IMG/VR virus record: IMGVR_UViG_3300010316_000010
Span: 1-56,027 of that record
Reading direction: 5' to 3' (one strand)
Origin: a virus
Lineage: Duplodnaviria > Caudoviricetes
Length of the DNA stretch: 56,027 bases
Within the stretch, counting starts at the first letter, position 1; every line of letters begins with the position of its first letter. The notes below the pieces were generated by a model. It ran no database searches, was not told the origin of the DNA, and saw only the letters and a list, made by a program, of their open reading frames with translations. The position numbers were made by a program, and so were the translations under genes. This document shows positions 44,878 through 53,936 of the stretch, one piece after another.

Positions 44878-44961
44878 TTTCTCTACTCCTGTCGGGTTGT
44901 CGGGGTTGGAGAGGAGATCGCCCCGACGATCAACCCCCTCTCCGGTATCCGCCGAGGCGAA

Positions 44962-45873
44962 TTACGCTGGTCGAGTGATCACCACATCGGACCCTTCCGT
45001 GCTGTCGAACAGCGCCACGAAAGGCAGCGTCACCAGACGAGCGGTGGGGTTGCTCACTGGAACACTCCCGCCGTTGTACTTGATCCGCGGGAATGTGAAC
45101 GTGTATCCGTTCGTACCAGTTGAGTCGTCGAAGGTCACAGAGAGGCTAGACTCAACCTCGTCGATGAACTTCTGGATTACGTCCGCGTTGACGTAGCGGA
45201 GAACAAGAGTGCCGGAGACTTGCGAGTTCCCGTACTCCAGTCCGTACGGTGTCTGCTGGCCAATGACCGGAGATGCCGAGAAACTGTTGTTGATCGAGAA
45301 GTCCAGGCTCGTTACAACACCGAGCGAAGTTCCTGCGTCCAGAACAAGACCACTGTGTGTGTCGAACGGTTCGTGGGTATCAGCATCCGCCGGAGACCCA
45401 ACCATGGCAGACGTGTTACTGTGAATCATGTCGCTGCCGACCATCTCAAGTGTGGTCTGAACAGCTTGATCCGTCGCGGCACTGACGTTCAGCTGAGATA
45501 CCGAGAGACCGTTAAAGAGGCGAAACTTGTTGATGTCAGCAGCGTGTTCTTCTATAGTGAAAAACTTCTGCGTACCACCTGTCTTCAGTGTGGTGCCGCT
45601 CCAGTCGCTCATGAGAGCTGACGCGATAAAATCGTCGTACGCGGTGCTGCGGAGATCGATCTCCAAGCTGCCCGCCGGATTACGTGTTCCGTGACGCGAG
45701 TGACGGCGCATACGGTCGCCGTACTGATCTTCACCTTCTACAAGGTTCTTGGTCAAGTCAAGACTGTGAGTCTTGTACGGAATCTTCTTCAAAGACGGCA
45801 GAGCGTTGACTGTACCGAAGACGTCTTGAACTTCGTACGCGAGACTCGCCTGTGATCCGTGAGATTGGGACAT
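44962..45873 (-). CDS. major tail tube protein
   Basis: Position; FTIEE, YTFTFPRIKY motifs; GAGGAG RBS. Confidence 0.85.
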   Translation of the reverse strand: MSQSHGSQASLAYEVQDVFGTVNALPSLKKIPYKTHSLDLTKNLVEGEDQYGDRMRRHSRHGTRNPAGSLEIDLRSTAYDDFIASALMSDWSGTTLKTGGTQKFFTIEEHAADINKFRLFNGLSVSQLNVSAATDQAVQTTLEMVGSDMIHSNTSAMVGSPADADTHEPFDTHSGLVLDAGTSLGVVTSLDFSINNSFSASPVIGQQTPYGLEYGNSQVSGTLVLRYVNADVIQKFIDEVESSLSVTFDDSTGTNGYTFTFPRIKYNGGSVPVSNPTARLVTLPFVALFDSTEGSDVVITRPA

Positions 45874-45884
45874 TTTATTTCTCC

Positions 45885-46295
45885 TCAGTGATAGCTGTAC
45901 CAGCTTATCGTGACAGGGGTGCAGTAGTGGGGTGGATCAGGATATGACAAGCCCAGTTCGGCGTATTCTATCCTCACTATGACCCCAGAGTTGGTGGCGG
46001 ATTTCGTCGCATCGAGGGTTTCGACGAGTAGCTCAGCGATCTGTAGTCCGGGTCCCGCCCCGACGTTCTCCGGAGTACAGACGAGCAGGTTGTACAGACC
46101 GAGATACTGCATCTCAGGGTCTGGACCCCTCACAGATGGTCTGCGCTGGGTCGGGGTAAACTGAGCACGAATAAACGTGTCGTCAGGTGTCGGGTCGAAG
46201 TCCACATTCTGTCGGGCGAACGGGGGGAGACCGCTCACACCACTGAGGGTCAGCTCGAGTGCAGCCCTGATGTTCGCGTAAACACTATCAACCAT
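45885..46295 (-). CDS. tail terminator (DUF4128-like)
   Basis: NVDFDP, G.G.G and PVTISW motifs; position. Confidence 0.7.
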   Translation of the reverse strand: MVDSVYANIRAALELTLSGVSGLPPFARQNVDFDPTPDDTFIRAQFTPTQRRPSVRGPDPEMQYLGLYNLLVCTPENVGAGPGLQIAELLVETLDATKSATNSGVIVRIEYAELGLSYPDPPHYCTPVTISWYSYH

Positions 46296-46740
46296 TCTTC
46301 AAGTCCTCCACCACTTGCTCAGCGATACGCTTTGCGAGGCTTCGCGCTGTCTGGTACGGGGCGTAGATCACAGGCATCTTCGCTCCCCCGTACTCGACCA
46401 GAGGTGCGTGAACTGACTGATTGCGGAAGAACAGTTGCTCCCAGTCTTTGGGTGCTGCGTCGATCTGTGCGTTGAGTTTCTCTATCGCAACGGACGCGAA
46501 CTGGTCGCGAGATTGCCCCCGCTCTTTTCCGTGCGAGCTCTCTGTTCCTCTGCCACCTGTCCGAGTCGTGTTCAGGTCGTGAGATTCCATGTAGGTTCCG
46601 GTGTCAACAGGACTCGCCCGGACAACGACTTCAGTCATTCTGCGGAGATACTCAGTCTTAGCTTCACCGATCTGACCAGTCAGCTGAGACAAGATTGTCT
46701 CTACGTTTGTTCTCCTGTCGATAACGCGGTATTCGGTCAT
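46288..46740 (-). CDS. HK97 gp10-like neck/tail completion protein
   Basis: SPVDTG...HAPLVEYG. Confidence 0.75.
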   Translation of the reverse strand: MTEYRVIDRRTNVETILSQLTGQIGEAKTEYLRRMTEVVVRASPVDTGTYMESHDLNTTRTGGRGTESSHGKERGQSRDQFASVAIEKLNAQIDAAPKDWEQLFFRNQSVHAPLVEYGGAKMPVIYAPYQTARSLAKRIAEQVVEDLKNG

Positions 46741-46792
46741 GCTGAACTCCTCGGAGCAATACTACACCAGACTGAGTCCGGTGAAAAGCCCA

Positions 46793-47161
46793 CTATCCTC
46801 TACCCTGACAAACGAATATCTGAGCTGTGCCGTCGCTGTTGACGAACACGTCCCAGACGCGCTGTATCCTGATCTTACCGAGAACACCCGCGTCGATCGT
46901 GTCACCCTCGTCCGGACTCACCGCGCCGCCCGAGCGGATATAGATCTTCCTGTCACCAACGATGATGTTCGTTCCGTCCACGTCGTCCTGAGAGAAACGC
47001 GTCAGCGCGATCTTGACGGGGTAGGTCTGCGGGGTTGAGGAGTTGGTCGCGGTCGCGACGTCGTAAGTCTGACCAGTAGCTCGGCGCAGAGTCGCGCTGA
47101 ACCCGAGATCGTCTACGATGTAGTTCGCTGTCCTTGCGAGTTCGTCACGTGTACTCGTCAT
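46793..47161 (-). CDS. head closure protein
   Basis: TYDVAT, VDGTNIIVGDRK motif; position. Confidence 0.7.
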   Translation of the reverse strand: MTSTRDELARTANYIVDDLGFSATLRRATGQTYDVATATNSSTPQTYPVKIALTRFSQDDVDGTNIIVGDRKIYIRSGGAVSPDEGDTIDAGVLGKIRIQRVWDVFVNSDGTAQIFVCQGRG

Positions 47162-47600
47162 CGCCGTTGGTCCTCAGCAGTTCGTCGACTGTGAAGACAG
47201 AGCCAAAGCGATCTTCATCGGAGCCGACCTGTTCCATTACTCCGCGAGATACGCCGCCCACGCGCGGCACACCGAGTCCAGTCTTGCCGAACTTCTTCGC
47301 TTGCTTCTCAAGCCGCGTTGCGAGAGCTGTGTAAGCCTCGCGGCGCTGCGAGTAGCTGGCCTTCATGCCGCCAGAGTCTACGTCTGTGTCTACGAGACGA
47401 GAGTACTTGGCTGCGATTGCGTAACAGATAGATGCGGAGGCGCGATAAACGTCGTCCCCCGCCTCCGATAGTGCGAAGGCGATCCCCTCGTCAGAGACCT
47501 GCTGATCCGTCGTCTCGACGTCACCGACAAGGTGCCGAACAGCGTCTCTGCGCTCTTCAGCTGTCTCTGTCCCAGGATTGCCTCCGAATGTCCAAGTCAC
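47145..47600 (-). CDS. head-tail adaptor protein
   Basis: VRHLVGD...SDEGI motif; position. Confidence 0.75.
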   Translation of the reverse strand: MTWTFGGNPGTETAEERRDAVRHLVGDVETTDQQVSDEGIAFALSEAGDDVYRASASICYAIAAKYSRLVDTDVDSGGMKASYSQRREAYTALATRLEKQAKKFGKTGLGVPRVGGVSRGVMEQVGSDEDRFGSVFTVDELLRTNGDDEYT

Positions 47601-47992
47601 TCTGCTTCTCCGTTGCGATGAGCGATGATTGCGTCACGCTGAGCAACCTTGGAAGACTTGAGTGATGCACCCTCACGCTCGGCAATGGCCCGAAGAACGA
47701 CCAAGTTGTCAACGTCGAGGTCGGCGTTGGGGTCCTCGGTGGTGGTCTGTACCGCAGGGGCGGGGGTAGTGTCCTGCACGGGTGTGGTGTCATCTACCTG
47801 ATCCTCCTCGACGGCCTGAGCACGCAGATGTCCGGACTCGAACATGCGGCGGGCTTTGTCGGCGCTGACGGAGAGTTGACGCCAAGGGAAGATGGTTCCC
47901 TTGGGCCAGAGTTTGCCCGCCGCCCGGAAGGGGCGACGAACGATCATGGTGTCGCCGGAACTGAAGGTCTTCGGTTCAATGCGTCGGGTCAT
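47597..47992 (-). CDS. hypothetical head-associated protein
   Basis: Follows MCP; GGAGGG RBS before ATG 47992. Confidence 0.6.
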   Translation of the reverse strand: MTRRIEPKTFSSGDTMIVRRPFRAAGKLWPKGTIFPWRQLSVSADKARRMFESGHLRAQAVEEDQVDDTTPVQDTTPAPAVQTTTEDPNADLDVDNLVVLRAIAEREGASLKSSKVAQRDAIIAHRNGEAE

Positions 47993-48007
47993 TGTGAGTC
48001 CCTCCAA

Positions 48008-49009
48008 TTAGGCGACGATGGTGTTCCAGAGGTAGCCGAGATCGGCTGCGACCAGCTTGTGCGTGAACGCCATGCCACCTTCGATCCGGTCGGACTCCAG
48101 GTGATCCATGGGGATGCGCTTCATGGCGACACCGAACTCGTTGCCCTGACCGAGGTAGCCAGACCAGGAGAAGGTGTAACCAGCCGAAGCATCCATCAGC
48201 GAGGGTGCGGAGTTGGCGAAGCACAGCATCGCGGTCTTACCTGCGATGAAGTTGCTGTCCTCAGTCTCACCCTTCGTGGCGTCGTTGGCGATAGCCTTCG
48301 AGACCATGACGCGCTCCACGCCGAACAGTGCCGCGAGGGTCTGCTCGTTGACTCGCGCGGGGTTGCCGTTGCCGACACCGCCCGAGTACTTCACGCGATC
48401 CACGATATCTGGGTGGTCCTTCAGCGCACTGAAGGTACGCTTACCGAGGACGAGCGTGTTCGGCTCATATCCGGTGGATTCCAGGATCGTGTTCATGGCT
48501 TCTTCGATGTCGCCGATGGGGTCGCCGTCAGTGTAGTCGGACCACTGCTTGACCTGCGGGCCGGAGGGAGTACCGGAGACACCAGCGATGTCGGTAGTCC
48601 ACTTGCCTGTCGTCATATAGTTGTCGACGAAGCTCTTCTCCTTGCGGATCATCATCTTCTGCATGACGAAACGCTGAGCGGCAGAGGTCAGGTCGAGCAC
48701 AGAGTCTGCGTTCGACATCGTCTGCCAAGCCAAGTCCTTGTGGAACGAGGTCACGGGGGCGTAGTAGGTCGGCGTATTGTCCAGATCGAAACCTGAACCA
48801 GCCGACTCCGTCCCAGGAGCGCGAATACGGGCTTCGTCGCGATTGAAGTCGCCACGATCGAACGTGAAGTAGCGATCCGACTGCTTCGCCACAGCGACGT
48901 TCGGGAAAACGCGCGATGCGATGAAGTTCGCAGGATTCTGCATGAAGGCGATCGACAGGTTCGTGAGAACCGCGTCGACGTGGACCGCCTGATTGGTGGG
49001 GGTAGTCAT
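48008..49009 (-). CDS. major capsid protein
   Basis: HVDAVLTNLSIA...FIASRVFP.V.V.KQSDRY, PNTLVLG...LKDHP motifs. Confidence 0.9.
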   Translation of the reverse strand: MTTPTNQAVHVDAVLTNLSIAFMQNPANFIASRVFPNVAVAKQSDRYFTFDRGDFNRDEARIRAPGTESAGSGFDLDNTPTYYAPVTSFHKDLAWQTMSNADSVLDLTSAAQRFVMQKMMIRKEKSFVDNYMTTGKWTTDIAGVSGTPSGPQVKQWSDYTDGDPIGDIEEAMNTILESTGYEPNTLVLGKRTFSALKDHPDIVDRVKYSGGVGNGNPARVNEQTLAALFGVERVMVSKAIANDATKGETEDSNFIAGKTAMLCFANSAPSLMDASAGYTFSWSGYLGQGNEFGVAMKRIPMDHLESDRIEGGMAFTHKLVAADLGYLWNTIVA

Positions 49010-49023
49010 TGATCAGCCCTCCT

Positions 49024-49395
49024 TTACGCTGGCACGAGGCCACGGGGTTGGAACAAGATGGAACCGACAGTGCCGTCCCCACCAGCTTCTGTCGCGACAC
49101 CGAGAATCTGGTCGCCGACTGCGGCTGCGACGGCTTTACCCGCGGCGTCCGAGGCGAGACTGAGACCGATGGTGACGACGCCGCCGAATTCTACAGGCAC
49201 GACACCCGAGATAGCGACTTCTGCGGCGCGACCAGCGGCTGCTGGGTCGTTCTGCAGAACACCGACGGCGGAGAGTCCGGCACCTGCCGGATCAACCTGA
49301 CCGTCTGAGGCGAGAGCCACGAAGCGGTACTGCGATCCCGAGAGATCTTGGCCCGCCTGCATGGTCACGCTCACTTTGCTTTCACTGTAAGCCAT
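49024..49395 (-). CDS. capsid decoration/cement protein (DUF2190-like)
   Basis: YRFV, GVLQNDP, SDAAGKAV; directly upstream of MCP. Confidence 0.8.
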   Translation of the reverse strand: MAYSESKVSVTMQAGQDLSGSQYRFVALASDGQVDPAGAGLSAVGVLQNDPAAAGRAAEVAISGVVPVEFGGVVTIGLSLASDAAGKAVAAAVGDQILGVATEAGGDGTVGSILFQPRGLVPA

Positions 49396-49407
49396 GAGTG
49401 CAACTCC

Positions 49408-50199
49408 TTAGTTCTGGGCCTCAGAGGCCAGTTTCCGACCTTCGGCGGTCTTGATGACCTCCGCAAAGCCCTGATGGAAGGTCACGCCGTTTTTGTCTGC
49501 GTGTTCCTGCGCCATCTTGTTGAGACGAGCGGTGGGAGTACCCTCGTCGATGTGATCAGCACCTTTCTCGATGAAAGCCTTGCCGAGAGCAGCGTCTGCT
49601 TCTTTCAGGGACTTCATCAGTGCTTCGCGAGCGTCCTTGTCCTGAACAGCCTCAGCGGCCTTCAGGATAGCGGCCTTCGCAACATGGGTTCCACCCAGAT
49701 GCTCGAAAGTCTCGCCAGCACGCTTCTCGAGTTGCTCCTGCTCGCGCTCAGCCTTCATCTTGTTGAGCTCGACGTTCTGGGCCTCGATCTGCTTGAGAAT
49801 CGGTGCAGGAACGGCAGACTTCTCGATCTTCTCGCCGTTGAACTCGATGTACTCGGGGTCGGCCGCTTTCTTGAGCGACATCTTGCCCTCGTCATCTTCT
49901 TCGACGGACATACCTTCTTTCTCGACCATCGACTTGAGATTCTTGTACTTCTCGTCGTTGTTCATTGCTGCTTTCTGGAGTTCAGAGATTTGGTTCTCCT
50001 GCTCCTCGAGCTTCTTCGCGAGTTCTTTGGCGTCCACAGGCAGCCCTCCTTCTGATATCTCGCTGTGATTGTGGTGACTCTCGTCACCGGCTCTCTTCCA
50101 GAGTACGACACGCGAGTCTGGGTTCGCTGGGTCGTCAACGTGGCTGATCTCATTGATCACGAGATTGCGCACGATCTTCTTACCTTTATTCTGCGGCAT
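49408..50199 (-). CDS. scaffolding protein (possible internal GTG start at 50039)
   Basis: N-terminal EISHVDDPAN...VVLWKR; charged helical remainder; GAAGGAG before internal GTG. Confidence 0.7.
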   Translation of the reverse strand: MPQNKGKKIVRNLVINEISHVDDPANPDSRVVLWKRAGDESHHNHSEISEGGLPVDAKELAKKLEEQENQISELQKAAMNNDEKYKNLKSMVEKEGMSVEEDDEGKMSLKKAADPEYIEFNGEKIEKSAVPAPILKQIEAQNVELNKMKAEREQEQLEKRAGETFEHLGGTHVAKAAILKAAEAVQDKDAREALMKSLKEADAALGKAFIEKGADHIDEGTPTARLNKMAQEHADKNGVTFHQGFAEVIKTAEGRKLASEAQN

Positions 50200-51892
50200 G
50201 AAGGTCTCCAATTCCGCCGATCGAGAGCGCGGGAAGTTCCCCGCTCTTAATCATGTCCCACGTGGTGTCGTCGTGTACCTTGAAGCCGACGATCCAGCCC
50301 TCTTTCTCGGACGACACACCCAGCATGGACGCGAGTTCTTTGGAGAGGGGAAGCGAGTGAACGACGTCACTGCGCTTTGTCCCGAAGTGCATCGTCTTGC
50401 CGACGCGTGTCGTGAGCATGAACTCTGTCGACGCCTTGGTCAGCTCGCTCATCGGGATGTGATCGCCGTGAAGATCGAAGACTGGCTCTCCGTTCACCGT
50501 AGCGACTGAGGCCCAGCCCCAGACGATACGCTGCTCATCGTCCATTTTGACGATCTGCACACCTGAGATATGATCAACATTCTTCTTCATGACAGTTGCC
50601 ATGATAGCTGATACCACGCGCTCAAGCAAGTCCCCATTTTCATCCTCGGAATCATTTTCCTCGTCTTCGTCCAACTCGAACGCCTCGAGATAGTCCTCGT
50701 GATCCTCTCCGGGCATGTAGACGGCCTGACCATCGACCTCGTAGACGTGAATCTCGCCACCGAGACCGAGTTCTGCACTGCGGGCGCGAGCTTCCTCCGG
50801 CATGGTGAAGCTGTCTTCCTTCACCATTCGCTTCTCCACCTTCGAGGCGACTCCACGCGCCCAGTCTACGCCCGTGGTTCCGCCCCAGAGAAGCCAAGCG
50901 ACGTGACCAGCATCCTTCCACGGTTCGTCCCTGTACTTCGGGTCGACCTCGGAGTTCTTGCGGTGACGGTTGAACTGCGCCATCCGCTTGACAGTGCTGA
51001 GGCTCAGCTTCTCCCCGCCTGCGAGCTGACTCGCCCGAGTCCAGCCGACGCGGGTGCCGCCCTTGACTTCGTCGCCGTACTTCTCGCGCCACGTGATAGC
51101 CTTCTTGGCGTTGTTTCGCGCAGAAGCGGGGGGAGTGTAGCCGTCAACTTTCTTCATCGGCTTCTTGCGACCAGTGGTGGGTACGTGGACATCGTCATTC
51201 GTCGGTGCGGTCTTCTCTACGACACCACTCTTCCAGTCAGGGTCAAGTGGCTGATAGACCATCGGCCCGAGCACGATGTCGCCCTCGAACGGGGGGATGG
51301 TCTGCTCGCCAGCCTGATACGAGAGCGTGATGTGAGGTTGATACGTGTCCCAGTCCCACGACGCACCCATCTCACGGTGCTCCAGATGCTCGCGCGAGAG
51401 GCGCTCGTTCTCGATCTTCAGTACGAGAGCTTCACCTTCTTTGCCGAGCCGCGCGATTGCCCTCGAGCCACCGCGGACCACAACCTTGTCCGCCCACACC
51501 CCAGCAAGACCACCGTAGGGTTCGGGGTAGTTGTCTGGAATAGACGCATACGCTCTGCGACTGTACACGACAGTCACGTGCATGTCCTCAGGGTCCAGAG
51601 TCGTCTCCAGACCGTTCGACTTGGCCCAGTCGACGATCTCCTCAGCGTTCAGGACAGGGCGATAGGCGTACATCGGCACTGCGCCTCGCGCTTTCTTGAT
51701 CCACTTGCCTTCGTCACTCTTCTTGTAGCCAGCGTCCTCGATCGCGGCCCAAGCTGACGCGAAACTGACAGATTCAGACTTACCCGCGTCTAACTGGCTA
51801 TTCACGACGCGCATGAACATAGAGCGTCCTGCATCGCTCGGTATCGCGTTCCTAACTGACTGCGGAAGCTCCGATATGTTCTCGTAAGGCAT
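50186..51892 (-). CDS. multidomain protein: ChaB + Acb1-like 2H phosphoesterase + helical domain + XkdF-like prohead protease
   Basis: MPY...LP.SVR...AWAAI (ChaB); MHVTVVYS and PHITLSY (two HxT motifs); QRIVWGWAS...DLHGD...MH...GWIVG...SIGG (XkdF). Confidence 0.8.
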   Translation of the reverse strand: MPYENISELPQSVRNAIPSDAGRSMFMRVVNSQLDAGKSESVSFASAWAAIEDAGYKKSDEGKWIKKARGAVPMYAYRPVLNAEEIVDWAKSNGLETTLDPEDMHVTVVYSRRAYASIPDNYPEPYGGLAGVWADKVVVRGGSRAIARLGKEGEALVLKIENERLSREHLEHREMGASWDWDTYQPHITLSYQAGEQTIPPFEGDIVLGPMVYQPLDPDWKSGVVEKTAPTNDDVHVPTTGRKKPMKKVDGYTPPASARNNAKKAITWREKYGDEVKGGTRVGWTRASQLAGGEKLSLSTVKRMAQFNRHRKNSEVDPKYRDEPWKDAGHVAWLLWGGTTGVDWARGVASKVEKRMVKEDSFTMPEEARARSAELGLGGEIHVYEVDGQAVYMPGEDHEDYLEAFELDEDEENDSEDENGDLLERVVSAIMATVMKKNVDHISGVQIVKMDDEQRIVWGWASVATVNGEPVFDLHGDHIPMSELTKASTEFMLTTRVGKTMHFGTKRSDVVHSLPLSKELASMLGVSSEKEGWIVGFKVHDDTTWDMIKSGELPALSIGGIGDLHAAE

Positions 51893-51896
51893 CTTT

Positions 51897-52661
51897 TTAT
51901 CCTCTTATTGGTTCTATCCAGCCGAATAGTCCGGCTGTGACGTCCGCAGCCTTGTTACTCGTCGCAGTCAGACCGATCCACTCCCCCGACGGAACTGCGA
52001 GGGGATGCGGTAGACCGAGCGTCACGCTGGTGTCCTGGACTCCGACGGCTGCGAGCGGGTACAGAATCCCCTCGTCGGCGTAGCTGTCGAGCAGGACTCG
52101 GGTAGTCTGAATCTTGATCACCACCCGCGCGGCCGACGTACCACTCACCGCCCCGGCGTAGAGTGAGTGGACGACGAATATCTTCCCAGCAGGAACACGA
52201 AAGAAACTCGTGTCGAGCTGCACTGATCCCACTCCGATCTTGCCGTACGTCACCCCGCCGGACGTCATCGTCACGTCACCCGCTGGCGGACCACCCCGAT
52301 GATACGCGGAGAGCACTGCTCTCACGTCCGCCGCCTGTGTGAGGACCGGAGTCAGGCCGGTGAGTGTAATCACCTCCGTCTGCTCGTTCAGGTCGCCGTC
52401 GAGGTAGTGTAGAACGATCTGTCCGGTGTCGGCCGCGCTGGTGCTGACTACTGAGAGCTGAACTCTGTTCGGAACGACGAAGGTGCTGCCCATCGTCGTC
52501 TCCCAGACGGGCTGCTCGTTCATCGGTCCGCTGGAGACGTACTCACCGAACGTGCTGATCGGGCGAGACTCTGCGACATCACCCCTCGCGACGTCCAGTC
52601 CGTACTGGCTCCGCCAGATGCGCTCGGGCCAAGGCGTCTTAGACGACGTCATCGTCATCAC
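51897..52661 (-). CDS. hypothetical virion-associated beta protein
   Basis: LDVARG, VSTSAADT, LTGLTPV motifs; position in head module. Confidence 0.6.
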   Translation of the reverse strand: MMTMTSSKTPWPERIWRSQYGLDVARGDVAESRPISTFGEYVSSGPMNEQPVWETTMGSTFVVPNRVQLSVVSTSAADTGQIVLHYLDGDLNEQTEVITLTGLTPVLTQAADVRAVLSAYHRGGPPAGDVTMTSGGVTYGKIGVGSVQLDTSFFRVPAGKIFVVHSLYAGAVSGTSAARVVIKIQTTRVLLDSYADEGILYPLAAVGVQDTSVTLGLPHPLAVPSGEWIGLTATSNKAADVTAGLFGWIEPIRG

Positions 52662-53934
52662 CTATCTCTTCTTCCTCGACGTTGCGGGCCGAAGTCGGTG
52701 GCAGGCCGGCGGCCTTCCGCGCAGCGGACTCCAGAACGTCGTCCGGGAACATCTCAGCTCCTGCGAGGGCCATGGAGCGGATGAACTTACCGAGTTCGTC
52801 GATGTCGACGGGTGCGAGGTTGGAGTAGCCGAGGCGCGGCATCATCTCAGATGGGAATGAGTTCATGCTCCACAACTGCGGGAGAACCTTGCGGTTGATG
52901 GGATCACAGATGCTGTTCAGGAACGCCTGCATCGCCTTGATGAAGATGTCACTCTTGGAGCGACTCATCGCGAAGCTGCCTCGGTCGTTCATACCCATCG
53001 TCAGGAAGTCTGCGAGCACGGTGCGGGCGATGTCCTGCTGGTGGCGAACGACGACCTTGTGCGTGTCGATGTCGCGCGAGCCGTTGCTGGCGACGAGGTC
53101 GAAGGCGACGGCGTACTTGTCACTGAGCTTGCCGTCGTCGTCCTCCTGGAGGTCGGACGGCAGCATGACGAAACCCTGCTGGTTCTTCTTGACGTCCCGG
53201 AGAATGGTCTCGAACTTGTTGACGAACGCCTTCTTCCACTCAGGTGCGTCGTCTGCGAGGTAGTCGCTCGGTACGCGACCGACGGGCAGACCGTTCAGCT
53301 CCCGCTCGATGGCGACGGCCTCGTACTCCTGGATGTGCTTCGCGTAGACGTAGCTGCGATAGGCATTGCGCAGAACACTTCGGCCCGCTGGGTCCGCGTA
53401 GCTGGACATCGGCCGCAGGAGGAGCATCCGCTCAGCCTCGATGTAGACGTTCGGGAGGCCGGAGTAGCTGTTCTGCCAGACGCCGAAGATGTTGCCCTGA
53501 GCATCGACGTCGAACCGATCAACCGTCCACTGTGCGCGAGGACCGAACTTCTTGATCCCGATGCGACCGTCCGCGCGGCGCTTGAGTACGATCTCGAACA
53601 GCGAGAATCCGTACGTGAGGAAGCTCATCGCGTCGCTGAGGAACTGGTCGAACGTGAAGTCCATGTCCTCGAAGATACTCTCGGCGAACTTCGCGTACTC
53701 GCCCGTCGCGTCGGCGGGGGCGGGGGTGAAGCTCCACGTCGCCCCGCGAGCGAGCATCTCGATAGCTGACATCACGGAGCCGACCGTCGGGTCGTACTCC
53801 CGCATCTCGCGGAACTTCTTGATGCCGCGAAGCCCGCTGAGCTCGCGAAGAAGTTCGTCTGTGCGGATACCGTTGCGGAAATCGTACGCTCCGGCGACCC
53901 CGCGCTCACTGAATGACTTCGGGTTACGTCCCAC
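52639..53934 (-). CDS. portal protein (DUF935-like)
   Basis: After terL; YGFSLFEIV, PAGRSVLRNAY, IERELNGLP, GSFAMS. Confidence 0.9.
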   Translation of the reverse strand: MGRNPKSFSERGVAGAYDFRNGIRTDELLRELSGLRGIKKFREMREYDPTVGSVMSAIEMLARGATWSFTPAPADATGEYAKFAESIFEDMDFTFDQFLSDAMSFLTYGFSLFEIVLKRRADGRIGIKKFGPRAQWTVDRFDVDAQGNIFGVWQNSYSGLPNVYIEAERMLLLRPMSSYADPAGRSVLRNAYRSYVYAKHIQEYEAVAIERELNGLPVGRVPSDYLADDAPEWKKAFVNKFETILRDVKKNQQGFVMLPSDLQEDDDGKLSDKYAVAFDLVASNGSRDIDTHKVVVRHQQDIARTVLADFLTMGMNDRGSFAMSRSKSDIFIKAMQAFLNSICDPINRKVLPQLWSMNSFPSEMMPRLGYSNLAPVDIDELGKFIRSMALAGAEMFPDDVLESAARKAAGLPPTSARNVEEEEIGDDDDVV

Positions 53935-53936
53935 GC

